Shown here piece by piece: positions 11,013-21,488 of a stretch of DNA of 64,000 nucleotides; position 1 is the first letter of the stretch, and every line of letters begins with the position of its first letter. Source of the stretch: Ignavibacteriae bacterium HGW-Ignavibacteriae-1 (GTDB lineage Bacteria > Bacteroidota > Ignavibacteria > Kapaibacteriales > UBA2268); contig PGYU01000007.1 in assembly GCA_002839825.1 (NCBI GenBank), positions 27,165 through 91,164 on the forward strand, read 5' to 3'. Below the pieces are notes generated by a model. The model saw only the letters and a list, made by a program, of their open reading frames with translations. It was not told where the DNA came from and searched no databases. The translations under genes were made by a program, and so were the position numbers.

Positions 11013-13703
11013 ATGAATAAAACGTTGATACTAATTGCTATAATTCTTATGATTTCTTGTGCCGAACTGTTGAGCCAAACAGGCGGAGTGAAAGGTGTAC
11101 TCAAGTCTGCCGAAGACGACAGCCCAATTATCGGCGCTTCCGTTATGGTGCAGGGCACTACAATGGGCACTCGAACCAATACTGTTGGCGAGTACAATTT
11201 AGAGGGAATTCCCCAAGGCAATCATCAAATTCTTTACAGGTCAATCGGCTATAAAGAGACAATAATTGATGTTGTTGTTAAGGCTCAGTCCATGGCTTTA
11301 GTAAATGTAAAGCTTGAACCCGCTGAAATAATGAGCGAAACTGTGCAAGTGATTGCATCCAGAGCCGAATTTCGCGAAACTCCGGTGGCATTTTCGAATG
11401 TTTCGAAGCAAGATTTGGAGTTAAACCCGGGAACGATGGAAATTCCGATGATTTTGAACGAAACACCAAGCCTTTATTCATCGGAAGGTGGCGGCGGTTA
11501 TGGCGATTCTCGAATGAATTTGCGTGGATTCAAGCAAAACAACGTTGCCGTAATGGTAAACGGTGTTCCGGTAAATGATATGGAAAACGGTTGGGTATAT
11601 TGGAGCAATTGGAACGCACTCCGTGATGCAAGTGCTTCTATTCAAGTACAACGCGGACTTGGTGCAAGCAGGATAGCTAATCCTTCAGTCGGCGGTACTG
11701 TCAATATCATTTCAGATGCTGCGGACAACAGACGTGGTGTAAAATTAAAGCAAGAATACGGCAGCTCCCAATTTCTTAAATCAACAATTGTTGCAAATTC
11801 CGGCAAAGTGGGCGATTTTGCAGTTACTTTTATGGGCTCGCGTACTACCGGAGACGGAGTTATAGACAAAACCTGGATTGATGATTGGTCTTACTACCTT
11901 GCTATGAGTTTCGATGTGAATAAAAATCATAAATTGGACTTCTATTTGGTCGGTACACCGCAACAACACGGGCAACGTTCATACAAACAAGGAATGGCAG
12001 TTTATGACAAAGAATTTGCACTGAAAAACGGCATGAATGAGGAGTTTGTGATTATCGAAAATGAACGTGGAATCACTTATAACGAAAATTGGGGAAAGAT
12101 TGCAAATCCGGGCAAAGAATATTATAACGGCGAAATTCATGATGCAAGATTCGAAGATATGCTCATGACTCGTCAGAATTATTATCATAAGCCGCAGATG
12201 AACTTGAATTGGCTTTGGACACCAAATGAATCTTTCAGCTTAACAAATGTGTTCTATGTTTCATTAGGCTCGGGTGGTGGTGTCGGCAATCAAAGAGTCG
12301 GGGGCACAAGTTTCCCGCTTGACTCGAATCGCCAAACGGATTTGCAAGGAGTTTACGAATTCAATTCAGGCGATAGCCGTATAGACCCGAATTACGACCC
12401 AACACGCAAGAAATCTAATTACATTCTGACAAACAGCGTAAACGAACATTTTTGGGTAGGATACCTTGGGACTGCGGATTTTACTATTTCGGAAAACAGC
12501 AAATTCCAAGGAGGGATTGATTTCAGATACTACGAAGGCTATCACTGGCGCGAAATTCGGAATTTATTAGGTGGTGATTATTACATTGATATGGCTGATT
12601 CCACAGTTGATTACAAATCCAATCCGCAAGCTGCTGTCAAAGGTCTGGGCGATAAGATTGGCTATCACAACGACGGAATTGTCCGCCAAGCCGGAGCATT
12701 TTTGCAATATGAATATAAAAAACGTAATCTGACAACATATGCTAACGTAACAACTTCGCTTAACAGCCAAAAAAGATTTGATTATTTCCGTCGGTCGGAT
12801 ATGCCGGGCTCTAATGAAAGTGATTGGCAGAACTTTTTGGGATTCACAGTAAAAACAGGTGCAAATTACAATCTGAGCAAGATTTTCAATATTTACGGCA
12901 ATGTTGGCTATTATAGTTTGCCCCCACTTATAGATGCTATTTTCAGACTCAATAATACTGTTTACAATACTGTCGGCAATGAAGAAGTTATGGGCTTTGA
13001 ATTAGGTGTAGGTTCTTGGACACGAGAATTAAAAACAAATTTGAATCTCTACTATACAATTTGGAATAATCAGACTTTGCGCTACAGACGCTTTGACGAA
13101 AATGATAATGAGTTCAATTTCACTCTTCCCGGGCTTGATGCTTTGCATATGGGAGCCGAATTTGATATGGAATGGCGACCAATTAGAGATTTGAGATTGC
13201 GTGGGATGGTTTCGATTGGAAATTGGACTTGGACAAGCGATATAATTGGGGAATATTCTCCTGAGGAATCGCCGACTACGATTTTCCCTGTTGAAGCATA
13301 TTTGGACGGAATTAAGGTTGGAGACGCTGCACAAACTTCGTTCTCCTTTTCAGCGACTTATTATCCAATCCGCCGTAGTTCTATAAGCTTGAGTTATCGC
13401 CATTTTTCAAACTATTTTGCAGATTTTGACCCAGAATTCAGAACTGCTGCACAAAAGGGGATTCAACCTTGGGAGCTGCCATCTTACGGAATATTTAACT
13501 TGTTTATGCGGTACACAATTCCGATGCGCTCTATTGTTGGTGTCAGTTTGATGGCTAACGTGTTGAATATGCTCGACACTAAATACATTGCCGATGCAGA
13601 AGATGCCAGAATCAATTCCGGTGGCGACCCTGCAGATAGAGCAAGAGTGTATTTCGGGCGTCCTCGAACATTTGTTATAGGTCTCGAACTCGAATTCAGA
13701 TAG
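11013..13703 (+). CDS. TonB-dependent receptor with N-terminal carboxypeptidase-regulatory-like domain
   Basis: Signal peptide, IGASVMVQGT N-domain, plug motifs (LRGF..NGVPVND..IQVQRG..GGTVNII), C-terminal GRPRTF strand. Confidence 0.93.
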   Translation: MNKTLILIAIILMISCAELLSQTGGVKGVLKSAEDDSPIIGASVMVQGTTMGTRTNTVGEYNLEGIPQGNHQILYRSIGYKETIIDVVVKAQSMALVNVKLEPAEIMSETVQVIASRAEFRETPVAFSNVSKQDLELNPGTMEIPMILNETPSLYSSEGGGGYGDSRMNLRGFKQNNVAVMVNGVPVNDMENGWVYWSNWNALRDASASIQVQRGLGASRIANPSVGGTVNIISDAADNRRGVKLKQEYGSSQFLKSTIVANSGKVGDFAVTFMGSRTTGDGVIDKTWIDDWSYYLAMSFDVNKNHKLDFYLVGTPQQHGQRSYKQGMAVYDKEFALKNGMNEEFVIIENERGITYNENWGKIANPGKEYYNGEIHDARFEDMLMTRQNYYHKPQMNLNWLWTPNESFSLTNVFYVSLGSGGGVGNQRVGGTSFPLDSNRQTDLQGVYEFNSGDSRIDPNYDPTRKKSNYILTNSVNEHFWVGYLGTADFTISENSKFQGGIDFRYYEGYHWREIRNLLGGDYYIDMADSTVDYKSNPQAAVKGLGDKIGYHNDGIVRQAGAFLQYEYKKRNLTTYANVTTSLNSQKRFDYFRRSDMPGSNESDWQNFLGFTVKTGANYNLSKIFNIYGNVGYYSLPPLIDAIFRLNNTVYNTVGNEEVMGFELGVGSWTRELKTNLNLYYTIWNNQTLRYRRFDENDNEFNFTLPGLDALHMGAEFDMEWRPIRDLRLRGMVSIGNWTWTSDIIGEYSPEESPTTIFPVEAYLDGIKVGDAAQTSFSFSATYYPIRRSSISLSYRHFSNYFADFDPEFRTAAQKGIQPWELPSYGIFNLFMRYTIPMRSIVGVSLMANVLNMLDTKYIADAEDARINSGGDPADRARVYFGRPRTFVIGLELEFR

Positions 13704-13710
13704 TCAGATT

Positions 13711-15105
13711 CTATCGTTTTCGGCTTAAACTTATCGGCATAAGCCCTGAGCTATAACTGAGCATTTGCCAAATATAGGCAAAGGCATCCGTCATGTCGTC
13801 ATGGGTTGAATTTGGGAATGCAGTCAATTCATGCTCGAAATCGCTCAACCATGCCGCATTGGATTTGAAGAATACTTTGCCCGATTCGACAAGTGCCGAC
13901 ATCGGTATTGCTCGGCTGAATTTGTCCTTGTCGGGTCTCAATTCCTTTACGGGCAAGCCCATTTCGCGGGCATTTTGAATCAATGCCGTTTGATATTGCA
14001 CAGACTCAATCCCAATCAAAGTCAGATTATGTGATTGATATATATTTTTGATTAAATCAATATGCTTATTGGGTGCTATTCGCTCTGCAATCACATCAAC
14101 AATAAAAATGTCTCGCTCGGGCGAAACGGCAAATATGATTACAGCCGTAAAATCCGAGCGTTCGTTTGTGCTAATTGCTAAATCTAATGTTGCATATTTA
14201 GTGCAATTTGTCTTGATGACCCTTTCCAAAGTATTATTTTTGATGAAGAAATTCGCGTCATCGGTGAAGTAATTGAATTTTGTGCGCTTGAAAATTCCGT
14301 CGCCCATCGGAGTTGGGTTTTGCATATAAAGCGACGAGAACCAATAAGCTCCGATTGATTCTTTGATTTTCAGCAATTGTTCTTTCGAGAATCGCTCTTC
14401 CCACAGTGCATCACCAATTTCCCTGCCAATAGCATCCTTTTCTTGAGCTATCGCCGGTAACGAAATCAATTTCCATTCATCAGGATTATTCATCAGCAAT
14501 CGTCCTGTCAAATCGTCCTCGTGCCACCTTGTCATCACAAGTATGATGCAGCCCGCGGGTTCAATCCTTGTGAAAACCGTAGAGCGAAACCAATCCCAGA
14601 GCAAATCTCGTTGGTGTTTGCTGTTGGCTTCGGCATCATTTTTAATCGGGTCGTCAATTATTAGCAAATCGGCTCCGCGTCCTGTGAGTGCACCGCCTGC
14701 ACCAACGCAAATCATTCCACCGTGAGAGTCTTTCAATCTGAAAATATTTGCCGCAAACGATGATTTATCGGTTGATATGCCAAATCTTTCGCCATAATTA
14801 TCAACCAAATCTCTCACTTTTCTGCCCCAACTTGTAGCGAATTGAGATTCATAGGTGGTGAGTATTACCGTTTTATCGGGATGATTGACCAAAAACCAAA
14901 AGGGCAAATATTTGGAGATTAACTCCGATTTGCCATGTCTCGGCGGCATATTCACAATCATTTTGCCATTTCCTGCGGCAATCATCTTTGCTAATTCGGC
15001 ATTCAAGAATTGAATATGCTTCGGCAAATCGAAATTGGGCTCGAGATTGTATGCCAACCATGCCGGACTAAGTTTGGGGTCGAATATTTTTGTGTAATCT
15101 ATCAT
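13711..15105 (-). CDS. terL: Phage terminase large subunit (ATPase + RNase H-like nuclease), orphan
   Basis: Walker A MPPRHGKS, Walker B LIIDD, VMTRWH, YMQNP, nuclease DLA..D..IES..HDDMTDA. Confidence 0.9.
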   Translation of the reverse strand: MIDYTKIFDPKLSPAWLAYNLEPNFDLPKHIQFLNAELAKMIAAGNGKMIVNMPPRHGKSELISKYLPFWFLVNHPDKTVILTTYESQFATSWGRKVRDLVDNYGERFGISTDKSSFAANIFRLKDSHGGMICVGAGGALTGRGADLLIIDDPIKNDAEANSKHQRDLLWDWFRSTVFTRIEPAGCIILVMTRWHEDDLTGRLLMNNPDEWKLISLPAIAQEKDAIGREIGDALWEERFSKEQLLKIKESIGAYWFSSLYMQNPTPMGDGIFKRTKFNYFTDDANFFIKNNTLERVIKTNCTKYATLDLAISTNERSDFTAVIIFAVSPERDIFIVDVIAERIAPNKHIDLIKNIYQSHNLTLIGIESVQYQTALIQNAREMGLPVKELRPDKDKFSRAIPMSALVESGKVFFKSNAAWLSDFEHELTAFPNSTHDDMTDAFAYIWQMLSYSSGLMPISLSRKR

Positions 15106-15293
15106 TAAAAGCACAAAAATCCGACGATAACAGCCCAAATACAAATCATTGATTTTAAATTCATTGCTAATAATTGTACTTCTCGATTCAGAATAATTTA
15201 GAATTTTGCCGTAAATTACGTATTTTTAAATTTGAATATTTCATTACTTGAATTTTATATATTCGTTATTGAATTTGAATTTATGAGCTTATA

Positions 15294-15578
15294 ATGCAAG
15301 ATAATAAAGATAGTAAGATAAAAGTTGAGGCGATTATAGATAATTTGGCTGATTCGTTGGCGGAAAGCGTGTTTCACGCTACTCGGATATTGTCCAAAAT
15401 TGTCGAAACAACCGAAAGATACTACGACGGCATTCACTCTCGATTTGTAGCCACTGCACAACTTCATGACAATGGCAAAATTGGTATGCCCGATACTTCG
15501 TTGTTCCAGTATCAAAACGAGATGAGTGACAAGGAATTAAACCAACATAATGTTTTATCACTTGAAATCAAAAGTTAA
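15294..15578 (+). pseudogene. Truncated HD-GYP/HD domain remnant
   Basis: HSRFVA directly joined to LHDNGKIGMPD (usual intervening helix missing); ends before the HPxxG and GYP motifs. Confidence 0.6.
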
Positions 15579-15583
15579 TAATA

Positions 15584-16684
15584 ATGCTTGAAGCTGCTAA
15601 AATAAATTCTATTGCCGATATACCAAATATAATACTTGTTTTTGGCGATGAAGAAATGCTGATTGAGGAATTCCGCAATAAATTACTTAATATATTAGTA
15701 GATGATGAAAATAAGAAATTCAATACTGATATTTTTGATGCTTCAAATACCGAATTGATGAAAATTATCGAAATTGCACGCGCTTACCCGATGATGAGCG
15801 ATTATCGAGTAATTGTTGTCAAAAATTTCGAGAAATTATTTTCGGGCAGAGCTTCTAAAAAAATCGAAGAAAATTCCCCAATAAATAAATTAATTGATAA
15901 TCCGCCACCCACGACTTATCTTATAATGGAAGCCAAAATTGATTCGGCAAGCGGTATTTCCAAAGGCTCAAAAAATGGAGTGCTTTCGGCTGCAGGGCAA
16001 AAAAAACTATCATCAGTCAAATTCCCTTTCAAAAGATTCATCAACGAAACAGCTTGGATTGAATTTCCGCGAATTTACGAAAGTGCATATCCGAGATGGA
16101 TTATTGAAAGAGTGAAATTGCACGGAAAAACTATCAACGAGAAGGGCGCCGAACTGATTGCTGCCCGTGCTAAACGTAATTTGCGCGATATTAATTCGGA
16201 AATTGACAAATTAATGATTTATGCCAATGGAAAAACTAATATCTCGCTCGAAGACGTCTTGTTCGTAACGGGCTACAATCATGACTATAATGTGTTTGAA
16301 TTGCAAAACCAAATCGGCAGAAAAAATATTGGGAAATCAATCGAAATATTGACCAGATTGCTCGCTGATGACCCTCAAGAAATGCTGATTTTGAGCATCT
16401 TGACAAGATATTTTGTGATACTGTTCAAGTATTCCGAACTCAAAACTAAGGGCATGAACGAATACAGCTTGGCAAGTGCATTGGGCGTATATCCCGGGCA
16501 ATTAGGAGATTATTCAGTTGCCGCCGAAAAATACTCGCTGAATGAAATTACAAATGCACTTCAAGTGCTGTGCGATACTGACGAAATGCTCAAATCCGGC
16601 AAGGGCGAGAGCATCACAACAATGATTATGATGATTGATTCGATTATCAATGCAAATAACAAAAGCGAAGCAGGTGTGCGATGA
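15584..16684 (+). CDS. holA: DNA polymerase III delta subunit
   Basis: FGDEEMLIE, YPMMSDYRVIVVK, EIDKL, NVFEL, D..LKSG. Confidence 0.92.
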   Translation: MLEAAKINSIADIPNIILVFGDEEMLIEEFRNKLLNILVDDENKKFNTDIFDASNTELMKIIEIARAYPMMSDYRVIVVKNFEKLFSGRASKKIEENSPINKLIDNPPPTTYLIMEAKIDSASGISKGSKNGVLSAAGQKKLSSVKFPFKRFINETAWIEFPRIYESAYPRWIIERVKLHGKTINEKGAELIAARAKRNLRDINSEIDKLMIYANGKTNISLEDVLFVTGYNHDYNVFELQNQIGRKNIGKSIEILTRLLADDPQEMLILSILTRYFVILFKYSELKTKGMNEYSLASALGVYPGQLGDYSVAAEKYSLNEITNALQVLCDTDEMLKSGKGESITTMIMMIDSIINANNKSEAGVR

Positions 16685-18225
16685 AAAAAACTGAAATATT
16701 AGTGCTCGGTTCGGGATTAGCCGGATGTATTGCGGCTTTGGCAGCGGCTGATTACGGGCGCGAAGTGACAATTGTCACCAAAGAAGACGATTTGTTGAGC
16801 GGAAATACGCCTTGGGCTCAAGGTGGAATAATCTACAAAGGCGTTCGCGACACGCCCAAAAAGCTTAAAGCCGACATCATGGCTGCGGGCGACGGGCATT
16901 GTTGGGAAACTGCAGTCAATCAATTATGCGAGTTGGGTCCCAAATTAATCGAAAAATATCTATTCGACCGTTTGAATGTTGATTTCGACCACGATAAAGA
17001 AGGCAAACTCCATCTTACTGCCGAAGGAGCGCATTCGGAGCCACGTATTATTCATTCCAAAGATAGTACCGGACATTCGATTCACGAAGCTGTTATTCGC
17101 GAAGTTAAAAAAAATCCGCATATTAAAATACTGACAAATCAGACTGTTGTTGATTTGCTGACCTTGTCGCATCATTCGACAAATACATTGGATATTTACA
17201 AAAAGCCTGCGTGTTTCGGGGCTTACGTTATTGATAACACTTCTTCAAAATTATATTCCATTTATGCCAACGAGACTATTCTTGCTCTCGGTGGTCTTGG
17301 GCAGATTTATTTGCATACAACAAATCCGGCAGAAACCACAGGCGACGGCATTGGAGTGGCATGGCGCGCAGGTGCTCGGTGCTTCAATTTGCAATTTATT
17401 CAGTTCCACCCGACAACTTTTTACAATCAGCGTGACAGATTCCTAATCTCCGAAGCTGTTCGTGGAGAAGGTGGCGTTTTGATTGACAAATCCGGCAAAG
17501 ATTTCATGAAAGATTATCACGAAATGGGCTCGCTGGCGCCGCGTGATATCGTTGCCCGTGCCATTCACCAAACTATGCTCGAAACGCATCATCCCTGCGT
17601 TTATTTAGATATTAGTTCCAAAGATTCGGCTTGGGTGAAGGACAGATTTCCGTCAATTTACAAGCATTGCCTCACCGGTGGTGTAGATATGACAAGTGAG
17701 CCTATTCCTGTCGTTCCGGCAGCACACTACCTTTGTGGCGGTGTTGGAGTCAGCCTCAAAGGCAAAACATCTCTCCAACGGCTGTACGCAGTGGGCGAAG
17801 TGTCTTGCACAGGCGTTCACGGTGCGAACAGACTTGCCTCTACATCATTGCTCGAGTGCGTTGTTTGGGGGCATATTGCGGGTTCGCAAGCGGCATTGAA
17901 TAGCGAGGACAATGATTATTTCCCCGATATTTACGATTGGAAAGAAGAAACTGAATTCATTGACCCTGCCTTGATTTCCCAAGATTGGCTCACGATTAAA
18001 AATACAATGTGGAACTACGTTGGATTGGTACGCACAAGGCAAAGATTGCTCCGTGCAACTACAATTTTGCGACATTTGCAAACCGAAATCGAGCAATTTT
18101 ACCAAAAAGCGCGTATGACCAAAAAAATCATCGAATTGCGTAATGGTGTCCAAACTGCTATTGCCGTAACATCTGCCACTTTGGAAACCAGAGTTAGCAA
18201 AGGCACGCATTATATCACCGATTAA
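16681..18225 (+). CDS. nadB: L-aspartate oxidase
   Basis: GSGLAG, AQGGI, EGAHS, QFHPT, SEAVRGEG, LAPRD, HGANRLAS. Confidence 0.95.
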   Translation: MKKTEILVLGSGLAGCIAALAAADYGREVTIVTKEDDLLSGNTPWAQGGIIYKGVRDTPKKLKADIMAAGDGHCWETAVNQLCELGPKLIEKYLFDRLNVDFDHDKEGKLHLTAEGAHSEPRIIHSKDSTGHSIHEAVIREVKKNPHIKILTNQTVVDLLTLSHHSTNTLDIYKKPACFGAYVIDNTSSKLYSIYANETILALGGLGQIYLHTTNPAETTGDGIGVAWRAGARCFNLQFIQFHPTTFYNQRDRFLISEAVRGEGGVLIDKSGKDFMKDYHEMGSLAPRDIVARAIHQTMLETHHPCVYLDISSKDSAWVKDRFPSIYKHCLTGGVDMTSEPIPVVPAAHYLCGGVGVSLKGKTSLQRLYAVGEVSCTGVHGANRLASTSLLECVVWGHIAGSQAALNSEDNDYFPDIYDWKEETEFIDPALISQDWLTIKNTMWNYVGLVRTRQRLLRATTILRHLQTEIEQFYQKARMTKKIIELRNGVQTAIAVTSATLETRVSKGTHYITD

Positions 18226-18258
18226 AATATTTTTTGCTCTCGACACTCAATATTCTTT

Positions 18259-19032
18259 ATGATTGAAATTCATAACATATCGAAAAGCTTCGGACCAAAA
18301 GTTGTCCTCCAGGGAGTCAATTTGACTATTCCCGAGGGCGATTCTATTTGCATTATCGGCAAATCCGGCTCCGGCAAAAGCGTATTGCTCAAGCATATCG
18401 TCGGTTTGCTATCGTCGAACGAAGGCTACGTCAAGGTGGATGGCGAGCGTATGGACCAACTCACAAAATGGCAGCTTTTCATTCTCCGCCGCACAATGGG
18501 ATTCGTATTCCAAGGCGCGGCATTATTCGACTCGCTGACTGTTTTCGAGAATGTGATTCTGGGGCTTTACGAACATGGCGAGCGCGACATTGAAACCCTT
18601 GAAAACGAGGCTAAGAGAGTGCTATCGGCAGTTCAGCTATTGCCTGAGCTAAACAGCATCGGCGATTATGAATTTTCGCGTGAATGGAATATTTTGAAAA
18701 ATATCAAGCCCTCCGATTTATCGGGTGGTATGAAAAAGCGTGTTGGTGTGGCTCGTGCACTTGTCGGCAATCCCAAATATATTTTCTACGACGAGCCGAC
18801 CACAGGGCTTGACCCCGTGACTTCCGAACAGATTGACTTGCTGATAGCAGATTTGACCAACAAATTGAATGTGACTTCAGTTGTCATCACTCACGATATG
18901 TTTTCGGTGTTTAAAATTGCGAAATCGGTAGCAATGCTACACGATGGAAAAGTCAGATTTTCAGGTACGGCAGAAGAATTACAAAAATCGGAAGACCCCG
19001 TAGTAATCGAATTTATCAGTAGGTTTATGTAA
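18259..19032 (+). CDS. mlaF: ABC transporter ATP-binding protein, MlaF/Ttg2A family
   Basis: GKSGSGKS, FQGAALFDSLTV, LSGGMKKRV, YDEPTTGLDP. Confidence 0.85.
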   Translation: MIEIHNISKSFGPKVVLQGVNLTIPEGDSICIIGKSGSGKSVLLKHIVGLLSSNEGYVKVDGERMDQLTKWQLFILRRTMGFVFQGAALFDSLTVFENVILGLYEHGERDIETLENEAKRVLSAVQLLPELNSIGDYEFSREWNILKNIKPSDLSGGMKKRVGVARALVGNPKYIFYDEPTTGLDPVTSEQIDLLIADLTNKLNVTSVVITHDMFSVFKIAKSVAMLHDGKVRFSGTAEELQKSEDPVVIEFISRFM

Positions 19033-19033
19033 A

Positions 19034-19507
19034 ATGGCAAATATAGAAGCAGTTAGAGAGCGAAAGCAAAGGCTCATCACATCCAATCGCAAAGCAAGGT
19101 TCGAGTACGAAGTGGTCAGTACGCTCGAATGTGGAATAGTCTTGACCGGCACGGAAGTTAAATCATTGCGTACCGGGCGATGCAGTTTGCAGGATTCGTA
19201 CGCCGCTGTCGAAGTAAACGAATTGATTATTTACAACATGCACATCAACGAATATGAGCACGGCAATCGCCAAAATCACATACCCAAGCGTGACCGTAAG
19301 TTGCTTGTTCATGAGCGAGAATTGAATAAATTGCGGAATGCCGTCAACGAGAAAAGCATGACACTTGTGCCGCTTTCAATTTACTTTTCCGGGCATCTTG
19401 TCAAAGTGGAGCTTGCATTAGTGCGGGCAAAACGCAAATATGACAAACGCGAAACCACGAAAAAGCGCGAAACAGAACGCGAAATCAGGCGCAGTTTTAA
19501 GAGATGA
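19034..19507 (+). CDS. smpB: SsrA-binding protein
   Basis: NRKARFEY, GIVLTGTEVKSLR, RKLL, KYDKRE. Confidence 0.97.
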   Translation: MANIEAVRERKQRLITSNRKARFEYEVVSTLECGIVLTGTEVKSLRTGRCSLQDSYAAVEVNELIIYNMHINEYEHGNRQNHIPKRDRKLLVHERELNKLRNAVNEKSMTLVPLSIYFSGHLVKVELALVRAKRKYDKRETTKKRETEREIRRSFKR

Positions 19508-19635
19508 GAAGGCTCTAAAATCAGATTTTAAAAAAAAATAGCATCAAAATGTAACAAAACGCATTTTGATTTGTTACTTACATATAGAGATGTGAATTTT
19601 TTGAAATTTTATTTTTGAAATTTTGAGGAGTCTTT

Positions 19636-20025
19636 ATGAATATATCTAATAAATTCGCCAGTGTACCGAGTACAACTTTAAGCAACCGCTTACTTCGGAG
19701 GCTTGAGATGGTAAGGATTGCCCTTCCAATTGTCCTCTTGTTTACATTTTGGGTGAGCTTCTCAGGTATTGCAAACAGCCAAACATACAACCCAACTGAT
19801 GGCAATGTTATTGTATCATTTGATTTGCCTGAGAAAGGTATTTATACATTATCAGTTTATGATAATCTTGGAATAGAAATATTCAAACAAGAAATCAATG
19901 CTGGAGCAAATTTGAATATAGAATTTGAATTGAAATCTAATGCATATCCTGCAGGTATGTATAATGTTTTGATTTCGGGTTTTAGTGGCGAAATAATAAA
20001 TGGTAAATTTATTAAAATAAAATAG
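19636..20025 (+). CDS. Small secreted protein made almost entirely of a T9SS-type CTD
   Basis: GAGGAG RBS; hydrophobic signal followed directly by YNPT..VYDNLG..GMYNV..KFIKIK. Confidence 0.7.
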   Translation: MNISNKFASVPSTTLSNRLLRRLEMVRIALPIVLLFTFWVSFSGIANSQTYNPTDGNVIVSFDLPEKGIYTLSVYDNLGIEIFKQEINAGANLNIEFELKSNAYPAGMYNVLISGFSGEIINGKFIKIK

Positions 20026-20042
20026 AAATTATTTATTAATAT

Positions 20043-20080
20043 CTCCTGCTCATATTTTTAACATTATGGGCAGGAGTTTT
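20043..20080 (+). terminator. Hairpin / intrinsic terminator
   Basis: CTCCTGCTCATA...TATGGGCAGGAG followed by TTTT. Confidence 0.55.
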
Positions 20081-20096
20081 AAAAAGGAACATAATA

Positions 20097-21488
20097 GTGA
20101 AAACTTTTTTATACATAATATTTATTACCGCTATTTTAAATGTCAATTTATTTTCAAATAATATTACTTATAAAGTTGAACATTTTTATAATTTTAATAA
20201 AAATGTTTTAACTTTTGCAAAGGAAATATCTTGTTTAGATGAAAATAATTGTATTTTTTTAAAAACTGACAATAATGGTACAGGCCTTATGCTTGAAAAA
20301 ACCACTGATGCAGGCAATTCTTGGACATTAATTTATGCCGATACTTCTTTTAAATCATCCGATTCTGTTTATTATCCAAAATATTATGGAGTGGCGTGTA
20401 AATATTTTTCAGATGGAACAATTGTTATTCTGACCGATATGGGTAAAATAATACGTTCAGATAATTTTGGTGTATCATTTGTCGAAATACAAATAAATAA
20501 TTATTATTATCAATCTTTTATTATGTTAGATTCTGAAAATGCCCTAACAAATTCATCTGCAATGGAAAATTATCCTGATTCCGAATACCAAATATTGAAG
20601 TCAACTGATGGTTGTAATAATTGGGAAGATTTTCCTGTTCCAGATTCTATTTCTCAACGTTGGGATTTCGGATCTTTGATGTTGCAAAAAGATCATAGTG
20701 TTATAATTAGGTGCCATGTTAAATACGGACTTGAGCGTGATTCTACAAAGAATTACTTTTATCATACAGATTTCGAAGGTAGCTTTTGGAAATATTTTGA
20801 ATTGCCTAAATATATTAGAGATATTTATTTTTTTGATGAAAACGAAGGATTTGCTACAGGTAGAATTGTTCTCCCCGGTATTCAAGATGATACTGCGATA
20901 GTTGTTAAAACCTATGATGGAGGAATTACTTGGGAATTCAAATCTAAAACAACTTGGCCCACTGAATGGTTTTCTTCTCGATTAGTTCATAATGATTCAA
21001 TTATATTTGTAGCTGGTTCTTTATTCGGATTTCATCAGTCAACAGATAAAGGCGAAAGCTGGTTCCAACCGGAATATCAAATTCCTACGGAAGTATTTGA
21101 TATACCCTATGTATCAAGTATTGAAGCCTATTTTGACAGCGGAATTGCATATTTTTTGACTGGTTTTAATACACAATGCCTCAAAGGCACAAGAGTCTTG
21201 TCTTCCGTCGCTTCGCCATCTGTGAAGCCGAAACGGATATACCCTAATCCCGTTACTTACGGCTCGGACTTCATAGCCGAATATGAAATTGCGACTTCCG
21301 GGCATCTGAAAATGTATCTGTCCGATTTGTCAGGTCGCGAAGTTTGCCCTCTTTATAGCGATTTCGCCGAATCAGGCTCTTACTCGACATCTTTCCGTTT
21401 GCCGGAGAATATCAGTTCGGGCAGCTATTGGCTCGTCTCCGAACAAAACGGCTTCAAACATGTCCAACTACTGAATGTGGTGAAATAG
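20097..21488 (+). CDS. BNR/Asp-box (YCF48-like) beta-propeller with T9SS CTD
   Basis: Repeated (S/T)xDxGxxW boxes; IYPNP..DLSGR..GSYWL..LNVVK. Confidence 0.85.
   Translation: MKTFLYIIFITAILNVNLFSNNITYKVEHFYNFNKNVLTFAKEISCLDENNCIFLKTDNNGTGLMLEKTTDAGNSWTLIYADTSFKSSDSVYYPKYYGVACKYFSDGTIVILTDMGKIIRSDNFGVSFVEIQINNYYYQSFIMLDSENALTNSSAMENYPDSEYQILKSTDGCNNWEDFPVPDSISQRWDFGSLMLQKDHSVIIRCHVKYGLERDSTKNYFYHTDFEGSFWKYFELPKYIRDIYFFDENEGFATGRIVLPGIQDDTAIVVKTYDGGITWEFKSKTTWPTEWFSSRLVHNDSIIFVAGSLFGFHQSTDKGESWFQPEYQIPTEVFDIPYVSSIEAYFDSGIAYFLTGFNTQCLKGTRVLSSVASPSVKPKRIYPNPVTYGSDFIAEYEIATSGHLKMYLSDLSGREVCPLYSDFAESGSYSTSFRLPENISSGSYWLVSEQNGFKHVQLLNVVK

Noticed and set aside
19550-19580. Additional ECF promoter TGTAAC...TACTTA upstream of the CTD-only gene
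   Set aside because: The spacer is 19 nt and both boxes deviate; too weak in AT-rich DNA.
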